The notes under the pieces were generated by a model. It was not told the origin of the DNA, ran no database searches, and saw only the letters and a program-made list of their open reading frames with translations. A stretch of 62,422 nt of DNA, filler included, from Rhabdomonas costata (lineage: Eukaryota), in the NCBI GenBank assembly GCA_019059605.1. It is 32 parts of 32 records of this genome, joined end to end, with 100 filler letters (N's around TTAATTAATTAA, not from the genome) between each part and the next. Parts side by side here need not be neighbours in the genome. Positions count along the whole stretch, not along the records: positions 60,570 to 62,422 come from JAHMHO010008190.1; 31 more parts are not named here. One strand, given 5' to 3'. Made by a program: the position numbers and the translations under genes. This document shows positions 61,676-62,422 of this stretch, one piece after another. Position 1 is the stretch's first letter; each line of letters opens with the position of its first letter.

Positions 61676-62422
61676 GCTGAGCCCCACGGCAGCATCTGGT
61701 CTCCCTCCCGGAAAGCAAGTAACCGGGCGATCCACGCCGAGCACGGCAACGTCCCCAAGTGTGGGGCTCAGCGAGGCCCCAGATCAGCTCCTTCCGCAGC
61801 TCTTGTACCTCTGTCCCTCCGCCCCGATGATTGGCCGGTGCCACTCCGGCCGGCAGATTGGACGGGGGACGGTGACGGGGTACTCTTCCTACCCCACTCA
61901 CTCCATTCCTCGACCAGCTGACCAGCTCGCTGCTTCTCCACACAAGGTCTTCCTCGTGACCCTGCAGCGCCCGGCCCCCCCGCAGCGCTCCTAGTCCCCC
62001 AGTCCACAGTCCCAGCGAGGCTCCAGCTACCACTGCCTCCACCTTCCTCCTGCAGTCCCCGGCTCCGCCACCTCCACCTGCATTGGAGCCTCCTGCCTCC
62101 TGGTGCGGAAGACCTACGCCTTCGGCTCCACCGCCTCCACCCACCTCCTTGGGGACCCCTCTGACGCAGACAACCCCATGTCAAAAGCCAAAAGCTTCCT
62201 CCTCACCAGCTTCTGCACAGGCCCGACCACGGACCAATCAAACGATGAAAGAAGTGTTTCTAACGCTGATGTACGCGAGCACAGGTACAACGTGAATTGA
62301 TTTGGTGGTGGTGACCAAGATTACGATAAACAGCGAGCCAATTGCCAACACGGAGCACAGCCCTTTTTACCTCAACTATTGATATTTCACTTTGTTCTGG
62401 TGGAACTTCCGGAAACACCAGA

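Overview
This is not a continuous locus. It is a concatenation of 32 unrelated contigs of about 1.85 kb, joined by 31 artificial 100-nt spacers (N44-TTAATTAATTAA-N44), so gene neighbourhood across spacers means nothing. The DNA is eukaryotic nuclear sequence with short GC-rich exons and spliceosomal introns. A euglenid-like protist is a tentative guess. G/T-rich 5' ends, A/C-rich 3' ends and fold-backs at contig ends suggest whole-genome amplification. Most entries in the ORF track are spurious. Manual splicing recovers fragments of a SAC9-like phosphoinositide phosphatase, a PHD-finger protein, a BRF2/TFIIB-like factor, glutaminyl cyclase, a MAPK-like kinase, a MAP3K, a SulP transporter, a class III nucleotidyl cyclase, a CN-hydrolase and a possible Piezo N-terminus. 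Also present are a WD40 ORF, an RCC1 plus ADP-ribosyltransferase fusion, an intronless Cys/Zn-ribbon gene and decayed Gypsy and LINE fragments. The most interesting items are the RCC1-coiled coil-ART protein, recurrent GC-AG introns, two compositionally alien AAA-free islands (one with a duplicated twin-hairpin motif), a nested 240-nt fold-back and a palindromic repeat array. No new multi-gene system can be demonstrated from these fragments. All family calls are motif recognition by eye, not database results.
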